A stretch of 63,346 bases of DNA, counting the filler, from Octopus bimaculoides (taxonomy: Eukaryota): NCBI RefSeq assembly GCF_001194135.2. It is 10 parts of 9 records of this genome, joined end to end, with 100 filler letters (N's around TTAATTAATTAA, not from the genome) between each part and the next. Parts side by side here need not be neighbours in the genome. Positions count along the whole stretch, not along the records: positions 34,157 to 37,455 come from NC_068986.1; positions 37,556 to 50,037 come from NC_069004.1; 8 more parts are not named here. One strand, 5' to 3'. The position numbers were made by a program, and so were the translations under genes. Position 1 is the stretch's first letter, and each line of letters starts with the position of its first letter. Below, piece after piece: positions 35,382-49,238 of the stretch. Under the pieces are notes generated by a model. That model was not told where the DNA came from. It did no database searches and was given only the letters and a program-made list of their open reading frames with translations.

Positions 35382-36439
35382 GAAAGTGAGTGCCACTTAG
35401 ACATCAAATCTCTCTTTCACTCTATCTCACACACATACACACACGCACACAATACATACAAAGAAGATGTATGTATGTGTATTTATGTATGTACTTNNNN
35501 NNNNNNNNNNNNNNNNNNNNNNNNNNNNNNNNNNNNNNNNNNNNNNNNNNNNNNNNNNNNNNNNNNNNNNNNNNNNNNNNNNNNNNNNNNNNNNNNNNNN
35601 NNNNNNNNNNNNNNNNNNNNNNNNNNNNNNNNNNNNNNNNNNNNNNNNNNNNNNNNNNNNNNNNNNNNNNNNNNNNNNNNNNNNNNNNNNNNNNNNNNNN
35701 NNNNNNNNNNNNNNNNNNNNNNNNNNNNNNNNNNNNNNNNNNNNNNNNNNNNNNNNNNNNNNNNNNNNNNNNNNNNNNNNNNNNNNNNNNNNNNNNNNNN
35801 NNNNNNNNNNNNNNNNNNNNNNNNNNNNNNNNNNNNNNNNNNNNNNNNNNNNNNNNNNNNNNNNNNNNNNNNNNNNNNNNNNNNNNNNNNNNNNNNNNNN
35901 NNNNNNNNNNNNNNNNNNNNNNNNNNNNNNNNNNNNNNNNNNNNNNNNNNNNNNNNNNNNNNNNNNNNNNNNNNNNNNNNNNNNNNNNNNNNNNNNNNNN
36001 NNNNNNNNNNNNNNNNNNNNNNNNNNNNNNNNNNNNNNNNNNNNNNNNNNNNNNNNNNNNNNNNNNNNNNNNNNNNNNNNNNNNNNNNNNNNNNNNNNNN
36101 NNNNNNNNNNNNNNNNNNNNNNNNNNNNNNNNNNNNNNNNNNNNNNNNNNNNNNNNNNNNNNNNNNNNNNNNNNNNNNNNNNNNNNNNNNNNNNNNNNNN
36201 NNNNNNNNNNNNNNNNNNNNNNNNNNNNNNNNNNNNNNNNNNNNNNNNNNNNNNNNNNNNNNNNNNNNNNNNNNNNNNNNNNNNNNNNNNNNNNNNNNNN
36301 NNNNNNNNNNNNNNNNNNNNNNNNNNNNNNNNNNNNNNNNNNNNNNNNNNNNNNNNNNNNNNNNNNNNNNNNNNNNNNNNNNNNNNNNNNNNNNNNNNNN
36401 NNNNNNNNNNNNNNNNNNNNNNNNNNNNNNNNNNNNNNN

Positions 36440-36960
36440 TATAGAATGAAAAGATTACAAATGCTGGTAGTTTGCTTTGCGCATTTCTCAATATGTTCCC
36501 TAAAGGGTATCATTCTGTATTCTGGGAATGCAATCTGCTGTCGGTGCAGAGTGCATCTACGTCTGAACGATAATCTCGTGGACCCTATGTAATTTCTATG
36601 GCAGTCCGAGCATCTTATAACATAAATCAGATTTTCTGAAGCAGAAGTAAAGTCAGATTTGATTTTGAATTTTTTCTCCGTCTTTGAAAAGGAATTTTGA
36701 TCCTTCTAGGAGTTTTGGGCATGTTACGCAGTTTGGTCGACCACATTTTTTCACTTTTGCGTCTGTTATTTTAGAAAATAATTTTGCCATTTTGAGGATC
36801 TTTTTTAGTGATTTCGATTGTTTGTGGCTTTTAATGACCTTATGTGTGTGTAAAATTTGCTTCAATTTGGGGTCCTTTTGTAGCATTCGTAAATTGTGGG
36901 TGATGATGGTGAAGGGTTCTTTCTTTCTGGGGTTGCATGTGGAGACGTACGGCAGCATTT
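36440..36960 (-). mobile_element. Penelope-like element C-terminus with GIY-YIG endonuclease
   Basis: VKKCGRPNCVTCPKL, then SENLIYVIRCSDCHRNYIGST...CTLHRQQI...EHIEKCA. Confidence 0.88.
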
Positions 36961-37622
36961 TCGGGAAAGACGTGTTGCTTTTCGTAAGAAAAGTTCAATG
37001 AATTTGCATTACTTATTGCCTGGTGTGTTGCATTCACGATTGTAAAATTCTTGTTTCGATTCCCGCATCAGGAACCGCAGTGTGTTCTTGAAAAAGAGAT
37101 ATTTCAATTCTCATTGCTGTCCATTCAGAAAGTGAACCCTACGGTGGACAGGTTTCCTGGTCACGGAGTGGACGTGCGTTCTGATTTCACTCACTTGAAC
37201 GCCATTTGAACCGTGTTAATTTCTGGCCTTAAGAGTTCTGGCGCTCATGTCAGACATATATCGAAGTGTGACTTTTATGTTCTAATTTCAAGCATGATTG
37301 TCGTCATCATTGCTCTTCAATAACAAAATAGAGTAACAGATGCAAGTGAACACACACACACACATGTATACACACCCACATATATATATGTATGCACATA
37401 TACATATACATATATATATATACATATATGTGTGGGCTGTGTGTGTGTGTGTGTGNNNNNNNNNNNNNNNNNNNNNNNNNNNNNNNNNNNNNNNNNNNNT
37501 TAATTAATTAANNNNNNNNNNNNNNNNNNNNNNNNNNNNNNNNNNNNNNNNNNNNGTGTGTGTGTTACGTGTGCATGAGAAAATCATGTTAACAAAACTT
37601 ACATATAGATACATACGTATAA

Positions 37623-37658
<36 letters not shown>

Positions 37659-38082
37659 GAGAGAGACAGAGAAAATTATAAATATGAGTATAAAATTTAA
37701 TAGATATGGAAAAAAGACATGGCACTGGAGGCGTCAACTGAAAAATTTAAGTGATACCTTTCAGTATTAAGTATGGCAATATATGAAATTAAAAACTGAA
37801 AGTGAAATATTTACTTTACTGAAATTTGAAAAGAATATCTAAGAGACAGTCAAAAATTATGATTGTCCACAACACACACACATATTCACATAAATATATA
37901 CATATATATATATACATATGTATACATATATGTATGTATAGATAGATAGACAGGCAGACAGTCACACAAACACTCAGACTGACAAACACACAGACGCACA
38001 GACTGACAGACACAGAAACACACAGCCGGACACACAGGCAGACACACAGATAGACAGAAAGATAGACACACAGACAGACAGG

Positions 38083-38136
<54 letters not shown>

Positions 38137-39275
38137 TATGAAATACGAAACGAATTTTAGCGAAAAACATGCTGCAAAATATGAAATTGTTTAGAAAATT
38201 GTAACTGATCAAACTTTTGTATGAAGCCTTAAATAGTCAAACAGATGGATTGCAAATAAGAAGGTAAAATATTTATAGGTTGAAAACTGAATATATTATT
38301 TGAAATAGCAAAGTGTATTAAATGAAAAGAAAATGACGAAATCGATATGTGAAAAAGATATTAAAACATCAGAAAATAGTGGATGTTTGAAGCTTTATTT
38401 GTCTCGAAAAATCATTGAGATTCATATTTCCATGCATTCGACAGGAAATTGCGAGCCTAGAAATCGGTGGCTGTTCATCATAAGACACACGCAAACGTAC
38501 ACACATACACATACAAATATGCATACGCTTACCACACTCACACACTCATAGCAAAAACACGCGCCTACATATAAACATTTTTTTCTTTTTTAAATATCGT
38601 ACACATATACACTTAAACCTATAAATGACTTGGGATGTACGCTGTTGACAGGGTTGTGTCTTGGTAACCGTTGTCGCAAAATTCTTGGTGTCAAATGTAT
38701 TTTGTTAATATAGAGTTAGAATGTATACACACATATACATGCCTATATATATATATATNNNNNNNNNNNNNNNNNNNNNNNNNNNNNNNNNNNNNNNNNN
38801 NNNNNNNNNNNNNNNNNNNNNNNNNNNNNNNNNNNNNNNNNNNNNNNNNNNNNNNNNNNNNNNNNNNNNNNNNNNNNNNNNNNNNNNNNNNNNNNNNNNN
38901 NNNNNNNNNNNNNNNNNNNNNNNNNNNNNNNNNNNNNNNNNNNNNNNNNNNNNNNNNNNNNNNNNNNNNNNNNNNNNNNNNNNNNNNNNNNNNNNNNNNN
39001 NNNNNNNNNNNNNNNNNNNNNNNNNNNNNNNNNNNNNNNNNNNNNNNNNNNNNNNNNNNNNNNNNNNNNNNNNNNNNNNNNNNNNNNNNNNNNNNNNNNN
39101 NNNNNNNNNNNNNNNNNNNNNNNNNNNNNNNNNNNNNNNNNNNNNNNNNNNNNNNNNNNNNNNNNNNNNNNNNNNNNNNNNNNNNNNNNNNNNNNNNNNN
39201 NNNNNNNNNNNNNNNNNNNNNNNNNNNNNNNNNNNNNNNNNNNNNNNNNNNNNNNNNNNNNNNNNNNNNNNNNNN

Positions 39276-39308
<33 letters not shown>

Positions 39309-39399
39309 CTCAGTGTCTATTCAGGCACTGGTGTGGCAAATAGCCGCAAATAGCCACAAATAAAGAAAATATTTATCTACTAAATGCAGTGCTGAGAAC

Positions 39400-39645
39400 T
39401 GACTCTTCCCGAGCCATAGATTCATAAGGCCGGATTCCTGTATTCTGCAGCGTCTATTTATTCCCCAACTGGACAGGACGCCGTCCCATCGCACGATTAT
39501 TCATTTTGGTCAACTGAGTGGACTGGGTGAACGTGAAATGAAGTGTTTTGTTCAAGAAACGCAATGCAATTGACAGGTCCCGGCATCGAAACCACAATCT
39601 AATTATCATGTGTGCAACGCCCTAACCACCAATCCAAACGCCTCC
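39400..39645 (-). mobile_element. tRNA-derived SINE
   Basis: GTGTTTTGTTCAAGAAAC...GGCATCGAAACCACAATC...CCTAACCAC...ACGCCTCC; same family as 62630-62810. Confidence 0.75.
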
Positions 39646-39657
39646 ATACAAACACAG

Positions 39658-39694
<37 letters not shown>

Positions 39695-40245
39695 TACACA
39701 CAGAGGCACGCACATACAGGTAGATAGGTATCTATATATGTATGTATCTCAATAAATTTATACATATATATATATACATATGTGTGTGGTGTGTGTGTGT
39801 GTATGTGTGTGCATATATATTTCCATAAATATACCTAATTTATATAAGCACGTATACATATNNNNNNNNNNNNNNNNNNNNNNNNNNNNNNNNNNNNNNN
39901 NNNNNNNNNNNNNNNNNNNNNNNNNNNNNNNNNNNNNNNNNNNNNNNNNNNNNNNNNNNNNNNNNNNNNNNNNNNNNNNNNNNNNNNNNNNNNNNNNNNN
40001 NNNNNNNNNNNNNNNNNNNNNNNNNNNNNNNNNNNNNNNNNNNNNNNNNNNNNNNNNNNNNNNNNNNNNNNNNNNNNNNNNNNNNNNNNNNNNNNNNNNN
40101 NNNNNNNNNNNNNNNNNNNNNNNNNNNNNNNNNNNNNNNNNNNNNNNNNNNNNNNNNNNNNNNNNNNNNNNNNNNNNNNNNNNNNNNNNNNNNNNNNNNN
40201 NNNNNNNNNNNNNNNNNNNNNNNNNNNNNNNNNNNNNNNNNNNNN

Positions 40246-40309
<64 letters not shown>

Positions 40310-40382
40310 AGATATGTATATATTTATACCTATATATAAACGTATGTATATATACACATGTGTGTGGGGGTGTACTTACATA

Positions 40383-40504
40383 CATGGTGACCGTAAAGTT
40401 TGGATACATAGGCGAAATTGAAAATAATTAAATCGTGTTCAATCTACCGAAGAAACCAAGAATATTAATGTTGTGTAATGCATCCAAATTGAACGGTCAC
40501 TCTG
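40383..40504. mobile_element. 122-bp Tc1/mariner-type MITE
   Basis: TA-flanked 27-bp TIRs CATGGTGACCGTAAAGTTTGGATACAT and revcomp CAGAGTGACCGTTCAATTTGGATGCAT (21/27). Confidence 0.75.
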
Positions 40505-40831
40505 TATTCTTGAAACAGTGGATCTCGAAGCATATAAAGCTATAAATAATAGCGTTCGACTATTTCGATCCAAAATGTTTAGTTTTTTTTTTCAACCCAG
40601 TATTTATATACTGTTATTTCGAGATTTATGTGCTACGAGATCCCCAGTTCCCCAAAACAACAGAGCTCGCAGCACATAGCACTTATGTGTGTAGGGCGAA
40701 GATGTATGTACGTATGTATGTATGCACGCATGCATGCTTGTATGTATGGATGGATGAATGGATGGATAGATGGATGGATGGATGGATTGATAGACCTAGT
40801 TATCCGACTATACATGCATATACATATATAG

Positions 40832-40870
<39 letters not shown>

Positions 40871-40874
40871 TTAG

Positions 40875-41027
40875 CCGGGATGGGCAGGCAATTTTTATTT
40901 GTCTAGTAGCTGTAGCGTAAGAGGTAGTATGGTGGACCCGTTTGAAAGGGCTAAAGATACTTTCCTCTTTGACCAAGCCCTCATCAACGTTTTCAAGTTT
41001 CACCTGGAAAGGAAGTGTTGGCTTGCA
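40875..41027 (+). other. Candidate 153-nt symmetric exon (or antisense LINE remnant)
   Basis: TTTTAG| ... GCA|GTAAGT, open end to end: PGWAGNFYLSSSCSVRGSMVDPFERAKDTFLFDQALINVFKFHLERKCWLA. Confidence 0.25.
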
Positions 41028-41440
41028 GTAAGTTTGTTGAAAGGTGGGTGAATGCTGGAAGAATGGCCAGTGTGATAGAACCAATTCTGAGCATGCACCT
41101 GTAAACTATAAGAGCACTCCACAGTTGCGAACACTAGTCGCCTCTTCAACGTAACACCACAGGGTAAAGTCCAAATATATAGTTTGTTCTGAAGATTTGA
41201 AATAAGCAAGGGGGTGAAAAAGACATTTTTTCCTGTCAGAATGTCTACTTTAGTGTCAATAAATATACAGAGATCCTAATTCATCGATCGCGCAGTTTCT
41301 AATTCATTAGTTTATAATGCGTGCCGAAATATTCACGTTATTGCATGAAGCGCGTGATTTCAATACCTAACCAACACTGAATGCGTTGACTTGTGTGTAA
41401 ACGTGTGCGTGTCTATGTGTGCATGTGTGTGTGTGCGTGG

Positions 41441-41490
<50 letters not shown>

Positions 41491-41610
41491 GTGGATGTGT
41501 GTGTGCGTGTCTGTGAAATGTATATAGATAGACAGAAAAGTAATGATATATACATACATATATAATACGTATATGTTTATATATCAATATATATACATAT
41601 AACTTATTGC

Positions 41611-41650
<40 letters not shown>

Positions 41651-41721
41651 TATTTATATATAAAGTAGATAATATTTATATATGTATCTATTTACGTAAA
41701 TATATGTGTGTATATACATGC

Positions 41722-41763
<42 letters not shown>

Positions 41764-42052
41764 ATAGATGGGTAATAGTTTCGTGGTGCGCGCTCGTGTG
41801 TGTGTGTGTATATGTGTGCATATCTGTGAGTGAGTGCGTATGTTTGTGAGTGGTTGTGTGTTCGCGCGCGTGTATAATGGCATATTAGATTTAGATTTTG
41901 ATGAAAAAACTATTATTATGGACAACATAAAAACCAAAAATGACTAATTTGTATTCGATGTTTAGACTTGTCGTTTTACCTTCGTTTCTTCTGATTTCCC
42001 TTTTCTTTTGACCGTTTTCCTTTACAGATTGGGTTATAAATCTTTCGTGTCC

Positions 42053-42094
<42 letters not shown>

Positions 42095-42668
42095 TGTCTC
42101 TCTCTTTTTCTCTCTGTCTCTCTCTCTCTTTTTCTCTCTGTCTCTTTCTCTCTCTTTCTCTCTCTAACTGTGAGCTTCCAAGTTAATCACGCGATATTAT
42201 TGTTGTCTCTTACATACAATATCTGTTTACTTTAGCCTTTATCTATTCAATCTTTCATCGATCCCCTCTCCCAACTCTTCTTTTAGTATCAAGTTTTAGA
42301 TTCAGAACAATCAAAGCTTGACTTCTGCTCCATATGTCATGATAATATAACTTCTTTTAGCATAAACTGATGGCAGCGCATCGACGACAACGTCTCACGT
42401 AAGAAAATTGAAATTGGTTTCGTTAATTGTATTGCTTGTTCAATTTAAATTTCAGAATCGTGAAAGGAATCGGTGAAAGAAACTCCTTATTCATTTATTT
42501 ATTTATTATTTATTCATTTATTTAATCATTTGTTTATTTATCTTTTTTACTTCTTGCTTGTTATTGACCACAGTTTCATAAATAATGCAGAAAAGACTTT
42601 TAAATTCTTTTGCTAATGTTTCTGTGGGATTCTTATTTTTATTTTTTTAAATATTTTCTTTCTTCGCA

Positions 42669-42885
42669 GGCAGCGATCCGGCAGAATCGTTAGCACACCG
42701 GGCGAAAAGCTTAGCGGTATTTCGACCGTCTTTATATTTTGGGTTCAAATTCTGCCGAGGTTGACATTTCTTTTCTTCCTTTCGGGATCGATAAAATAGG
42801 TAGCAGTTGAGCACTGAGGTCGATTAAATCGACTTACCACTTCCACCGAAATTGCTGGCCTTGTGCCGGTAATTTGAAATCAATA
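42669..42885 (+). mobile_element. OR-like SINE, full length
   Basis: GGCAGCGATCCGGCAGAATCGTTAGCACACCGGGCG...GGCCTTGTGCCGGTAATTTGAAATCAAT. Confidence 0.85.
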
Positions 42886-44883
42886 TTTGTTTGTTCTTTT
42901 TTTACGGTTTCTGGCCATTGGTCTGTGACCATGCTCGGGAAACACTTAAAGTATTTTACTCAATGTTTGCATTGCAGAGGAAACTCCCTTCATCAGCTTT
43001 CGACTAACGTCGCAACAGTTTCCACATCTTTCGACATTATCGTCCTCCTCAAGCAGTGCTGTTTAATTTTATTTGGCAATTAGAAATCTTCGGCAGTTAT
43101 GATTTGTGTGTACGCGAACGTGTGTATGTCATTCCTTATAAAATTACCGAGTTATCAGTTATCATCATTTTTTTTTATATGTACACAGATATATCACACG
43201 TAAATATCCCATGATATCATGAAATCCACCAGGGTCTATAGCTATGGCATTTCTACATCCAGCTTGGAGAATTATTTTATCAGTTATAAAATTATTTCCA
43301 AGATCTTTTGCAATTTAATACAAAACGCGAGGACCAGACGTTGTTGCAAGTTTAATTTTAAAGTGTGGCTATGAAAGTCTCGGAACGTAAGATTAAAGTA
43401 TTTTAGAAACATCCTGTTTCATATTAAATATAAAAGTTTAATAAAGAAATACGATAAACCCGTAACCAGAATCATGTTTCAGTGCGTCATATTTGAAAGA
43501 AAGATGTTATCTATTCACACAACATGGTATATTTATAAGTTTATACATATAGTAATTATATAAACATACGTACGTGTATATATACATATATNNNNNNNNN
43601 NNNNNNNNNNNNNNNNNNNNNNNNNNNNNNNNNNNNNNNNNNNNNNNNNNNNNNNNNNNNNNNNNNNNNNNNNNNNNNNNNNNNNNNNNNNNNNNNNNNN
43701 NNNNNNNNNNNNNNNNNNNNNNNNNNNNNNNNNNNNNNNNNNNNNNNNNNNNNNNNNNNNNNNNNNNNNNNNNNNNNNNNNNNNNNNNNNNNNNNNNNNN
43801 NNNNNNNNNNNNNNNNNNNNNNNNNNNNNNNNNNNNNNNNNNNNNNNNNNNNNNNNNNNNNNNNNNNNNNNNNNNNNNNNNNNNNNNNNNNNNNNNNNNN
43901 NNNNNNNNNNNNNNNNNNNNNNNNNNNNNNNNNNNNNNNNNNNNNNNNNNNNNNNNNNNNNNNNNNNNNNNNNNNNNNNNNNNNNNNNNNNNNNNNNNNN
44001 NNNNNNNNNNNNNNNNNNNNNNNNNNNNNNNNNNNNNNNNNNNNNNNNNNNNNNNNNNNNNNNNNNNNNNNNNNNNNNNNNNNNNNNNNNNNNNNNNNNN
44101 NNNNNNNNNNNNNNNNNNNNNNNNNNNNNNNNNNNNNNNNNNNNNNNNNNNNNNNNNNNNNNNNNNNNNNNNNNNNNNNNNNNNNNNNNNNNNNNNNNNN
44201 NNNNNNNNNNNNNNNNNNNNNNNNNNNNNNNNNNNNNNNNNNNNNNNNNNNNNNNNNNNNNNNNNNNNNNNNNNNNNNACAACAAAAACAACAACAACAA
44301 CAAAAGATATTTCAACAAAAACAACATTTGCGAAAACAAACTACTTCTTTTTTTTTTCTTTTTTAAGATAAAACGATTATATTTAGAGTATTTTGAAAAC
44401 ATTATAAACGTCACAGTGGCAATAAAAATAAACGAATATACAAAATTTTGATTTAATAATATACAAACAAATAAACGAATATAAAATCATGTGCATATGT
44501 TCGTGTGTGTGTGTATGTGTGTGTGCTTGGTTCCGCGTGTGTGTCTACTTGGTTGTGCATGTGTGTTTAACCAAATAAAGTAGTCAATAGCTTGTAGAGT
44601 TTATTCACCTATTTGTTTAAACTGAAATGTTGATCACACGAATCGTTCATGTTCTTCAACCTTTTGGGTGACTGTGCTTGATATTCAAACAGCTATTTTC
44701 CTTTTTTGGAATCAATATTTTCCATGCTTCAATCAAACTTACTGGTCAATACTTGATCCAATAACAACGATTGGTCGTTAGTGTTTGAATAGCTCTCGCA
44801 TACACACTAAAATATCTCACAGCCTGAACCTCCGAAAGTTTCAGAGATCCATGCTTAAATATTATACATGTACGTGCTGGTAT

Positions 44884-44932
<49 letters not shown>

Positions 44933-44963
44933 TTATACATACATCTTTAAACATATTTACATA

Positions 44964-45530
44964 GGCGCAGGAGTGGCTGTCTGGTAAGTAGCTTGCTTAC
45001 CAGCCACATGGTTCCGGGTTCAGTCCCACTGTGTAGCACCTTGGGCAAGTGTCTTCTACTATAGCCTCGGGCCGACCAAAGCCTTGTGAGTGGATTTGGT
45101 AGACGGAAACTGAAAGAAGCTCGTCGTATATATGTATNNNNNNNNNNNNNNNNNNNNNNNNNNNNNNNNNNNNNNNNNNNNNNNNNNNNNNNNNNNNNNN
45201 NNNNNNNNNNNNNNNNNNNNNNNNNNNNNNNNNNNNNNNNNNNNNNNNNNNNNNNNNNNNNNNNNNNNNNNNNNNNNNNNNNNNNNNNNNATATGTATGT
45301 ATGTGTGTGTATATGTTAGTGTGTCTTTGTTTGTCCCCCTAGCATTGCTTGACAATCGATGCTGGTGTGTTTATGTCCCCGTCACTTAGCGGTTCGGCAA
45401 AAAGAGACCGATAGAATAAGTACTAGGCTTACAAAGAATAAGACCCGGGGTCGATTTGCTCGACTATAAAGGCGGTGCTCCAGCATGGCCATAGTCAATT
45501 GACTGAAACAAGTAAAAGAGTAAAAGAGTA
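44964..45530 (+). mobile_element. OK-like SINE, full length with gapped central microsatellite
   Basis: GGCGCAGGAGTGGCTGTCTGGTAAGTAGC...GGCGGTGCTCCAGCATGGCC...GACTGAAACAAGTAAAAGAGTAAAAGAGTA. Confidence 0.95.
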
Positions 45531-46199
45531 TAAGAATGAAAAATGCGGGCGCAGAGTGCTAGAATATTCCTAAGTATTGAACTTGAAGAAGAACTGGACA
45601 AGCAATAATTAAGGCTAGAAAAGTACAGGACAAGAAGAAAGAACTTAAAATGTTGCTCCTGGAGTTATAATTTGCTAACTAAATTCAAATTTCTGAAATT
45701 GTTCTTCAAATAATGTTTGCAACATTTTGTCTTTTATTTTTTGTTTTTCCTTTTTATTACAAATATCTTTAATTTAAGTTAACATTCTTAATTTTAAAAT
45801 TTCTTTCTATTAAGCTAAAACATTTCTACCTTATTTTTATATTTTGGTTTTATTTTTTATTCTTATATTTTGATTTTATTTCTTAACAAAACACATTAGC
45901 CAAAACTTTAAAATACTGTGTCAAAATTAAACTCAATTGGAATATATGTAATTCAAAAATAAGAGTAAAAAAATAGTAAAAAAGATTAAAGAAGCAAAAT
46001 AATTAATCTCTTAAAGTTTGCATTATCAGATAAAGTATTTTCTATTTACAGCCAGACGAATATCTAAAAAGATGAAAGCTAACGAATAAATTGAGTGCAA
46101 AATGTAGAAACGTCATCAGAAGATGGTCTGGGTACTACGACTTTGTAATCACAAACTCATACATGATATCAACATCCTAGACAATTCCAACAACATCAA

Positions 46200-46500
46200 T
46201 TACAAACTTGAGGATATTTCAATTCTCCAGAAGGAAGTCGAAGAGGCAGTGCGCATGCTCAAAGATGGAAAATTCTCAGGAGTGGATAGCATCTCATCAG
46301 CGCCCCGAAAACATGAGGGTCAAAATTTATCAAGGCACTAGGAACAGTTATATGACTGTAGATATGGGAGGCGAAGTAGAGGCCAAAGGACTCACTCACT
46401 GATGATACCCATTCCCAAGAAAGGCAAGTTAAGAATCTGCCAGAATTATAGAACAATCAGCCTAAGTATTGCAAAGAATATTGCTAAACAGACTTCAGGG
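46200..46500 (+). mobile_element. RTE RT N-terminal fragment
   Basis: ILQKEVEEAVRMLKDGKFSGVDSI and LMIPIPKKGKLRICQNYRTISL. Confidence 0.85.
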
Positions 46501-46539
46501 AAAGGTAGAAGAAATCCTTGCACAACAGACAGGAAATCC

Positions 46540-46745
46540 TTGCTGGCAAAATCGTTAGCACGCCGAGCGAAATTCTTAACGGTATTCCGTCTGTCTTTAC
46601 GTTCTGAGTTCAAATTCCGCCGAGGTTGGCTTTGCTATTCATCCTTTCGTGGACGATAAATTAAGTACCAGTTATGTACTGGGGTCGATCTAACCGAATG
46701 GCCCCCTCCCCCTAAATTTCAGGCCTTGTGCCTATAATAGAAAGG
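46540..46745 (+). mobile_element. OR-like SINE
   Basis: GCTGGCAAAATCGTTAGCACGCCGAGCG...AAATTCCGCCGAGGTTGGCTTTGC...GGCCTTGTGCCTATAATAGAAAGG. Confidence 0.88.
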
Positions 46746-47419
46746 AATAGACACGAATAATAACCATTTGGCTAATTATTAACACACTGCCTATCTCCAA
46801 AGCAAATCGTTTTTCCTTTATTAAATATGTTACTGATGTTTTGAAATAAATTTTGACGTTAAAACATTCCGCTGTTACTTTTTATCTAAAAACCGGTGCC
46901 ATTATGTCCGATATTGCATTATCTTATTTTATAAATATTTCCAAATGAATAAATAAAAATATAATTTGACAATATTCCAAAACATCGTGTGACGTTCTTA
47001 GCAAGTTATAAAATATTATAAACGGGAGTCAAGCACTGGAAAATCAAAGATAGGAAAAAATTTAGAAGCTGGAATTAGTAGTGTCCTTTTAAATATCCAG
47101 AGTGTAAAATGAATTTATCTGTAATGGGTTTTTTTTTTAAAGTTTAACTAAATATGAAAATATCATGGGTATATGCACATAAATGTGTATGTGTGTGCTT
47201 ATGTGAGTATGCGTGCATGTATATATGTTCGAATCTGTGTGCATCTATATATATATATATATATATGAATACTTTAACTATTTGTATGCTTTACATGCCT
47301 ATGTATATACATATATATGTGTGTGCGTGTGTGTATGCGTGTATTAGTGTGTGTACATACATACATAGACAAATAATATATACATACACATATATATGGA
47401 TATATCATATGATACATAT

Positions 47420-47466
<47 letters not shown>

Positions 47467-48606
47467 GTGTATATATATATAGATATATACATATATATAT
47501 ATATATANNNNNNNNNNNNNNNNNNNNNNNNNNNNNNNNNNNNNNNNNNNNNNNNNNNNNNNNNNNNNNNNNNNNNNNNNNNNNNNNNNNNNNNNNNNNN
47601 NNNNNNNNNNNNNNNNNNNNNNNNNNNNNNNNNNNNNNNNNNNNNNNNNNNNNNNNNNNNNNNNNNNNNNNNNNNNNNNNNNNNNNNNNNNNNNNNNNNN
47701 NNNNNNNNNNNNNNNNNNNNNNNNNNNNNNNNNNNNNNNNNNNNNNNNNNNNNNNNNNNNNNNNNNNNNNNNNNNNNNNNNNNNNNNNNNNNNNNNNNNN
47801 NNNNNNNNNNNNNNNNNNNNNNNNNNNNNNNNNNNNNNNNNNNNNNNNNNNNNNNNNNNNNNNNNNNNNNNNNNNNNNNNNNNNNNNNNNNNNNNNNNNN
47901 NNNNNNNNNNNNNNNNNNNNNNNNNNNNNNNNNNNNNNNNNNNNNNNNNNNNNNNNNNNNNNNNNNNNNNNNNNNNNNNNNNNNNNNNNNNNNNNNNNNN
48001 NNNNNNNNNNNNNNNNNNNNNNNNNNNNNNNNNNNNNNNNNNNNNNNNNNNNNNNNNNNNNNNNNNNNNNNNNNNNNNNNNNNNNNNNNNNNNNNNNNNN
48101 NNNNNNNNNNNNNNNNNNNNNNNNNNNNNNNNNNNNNNNNNNNNNNNNNNNNNNNNNNNNNNNNNNNNNNNNNNNNNNNNNNNNNNNNNNNNNNNNNNNN
48201 NNNNNNNNNNNNNNNNNNNNNNNNNNNNNNNNNNNNNNNNNNNNNNNNNNNNNNNNNNNNNNNNNNNNNNNNNNNNNNNNNNNNNNNNNNNNNNNNNNNN
48301 NNNNNNNNNNNNNNNNNNNNNNNNNNNNNNNNTATATATATATATATATGCTTGCTTGTATATATATTTGTGTGTGTGTGTATCCATACATATGCATATG
48401 AATAGATATATGTATGTATATATGTGTGCGTGTGGGGGTGTACGTATGTGTGTATGTCTGCATGTATGTATGTATGTATGTATGTATATATGTATGCATG
48501 TATGTATGTATGTATGTATGCATGTGTATGTATTTAATATATATTTGTGTATAATGCATATATATGGCCGCAGTTAAATGACTGAAACAAGTAAAAGAGT
48601 AGAAGA

Positions 48607-48668
<62 letters not shown>

Positions 48669-48669
<1 letters not shown>

Positions 48670-49027
48670 GAAAGAGATGACAAAGGGATAACCGATTAAC
48701 TTATGAATTTACAGCTGTTTACACTATAAGTAGCGGTAGACTCATAGGATTATCAATTATGTTATGAGCTTACAGCTGTTACCACTATAAGCTGGGGGTG
48801 TACTCATAGTTGAGTGCCTGAGCCACAAATATGCAGTGCATTTATTAGGGATCTTTCCCTCCACCACTCACCCCCCAAAAAACTGCACCTCATATTTGAA
48901 GCTCTGACGAAGCTGTAAGGTGTTACCCAGGCACTCAACTATGGATCCACTGCATATTATAGTGGAAACAGCTGTAAGCGAATGAAGTCCGTAGGATAAT
49001 TGGTTATTCCTTTATCATCTTTTTTCC
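48669..49027. mobile_element. Inverted-repeat element with three AAACAGCTGTA-type motifs (possibly Penelope/hammerhead-derived)
   Basis: Terminal 29 bp match 25/29 as inverted repeats. The left arm has a ~61-bp internal duplication. Confidence 0.75.
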
Positions 49028-49178
49028 ATATTACTGCTCTGTACCTGACTAACACTTCGTTCAGAAACATACGTATATTGAGTTCTATACCAGGTTACTA
49101 GTATTGCAATGCCTAAGCGAAATACTTATATATATATGTGTGTGTGTGTGTATGTATATATATATGTATATATGTATA

Positions 49179-49238
<60 letters not shown>

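Noticed and set aside
42950-44810. Further minus-strand exon candidates (about 44805-44742 and 43055-42960)
   Set aside because: One has a weak donor and neither peptide is recognisable. Indistinguishable from chance without transcript data.
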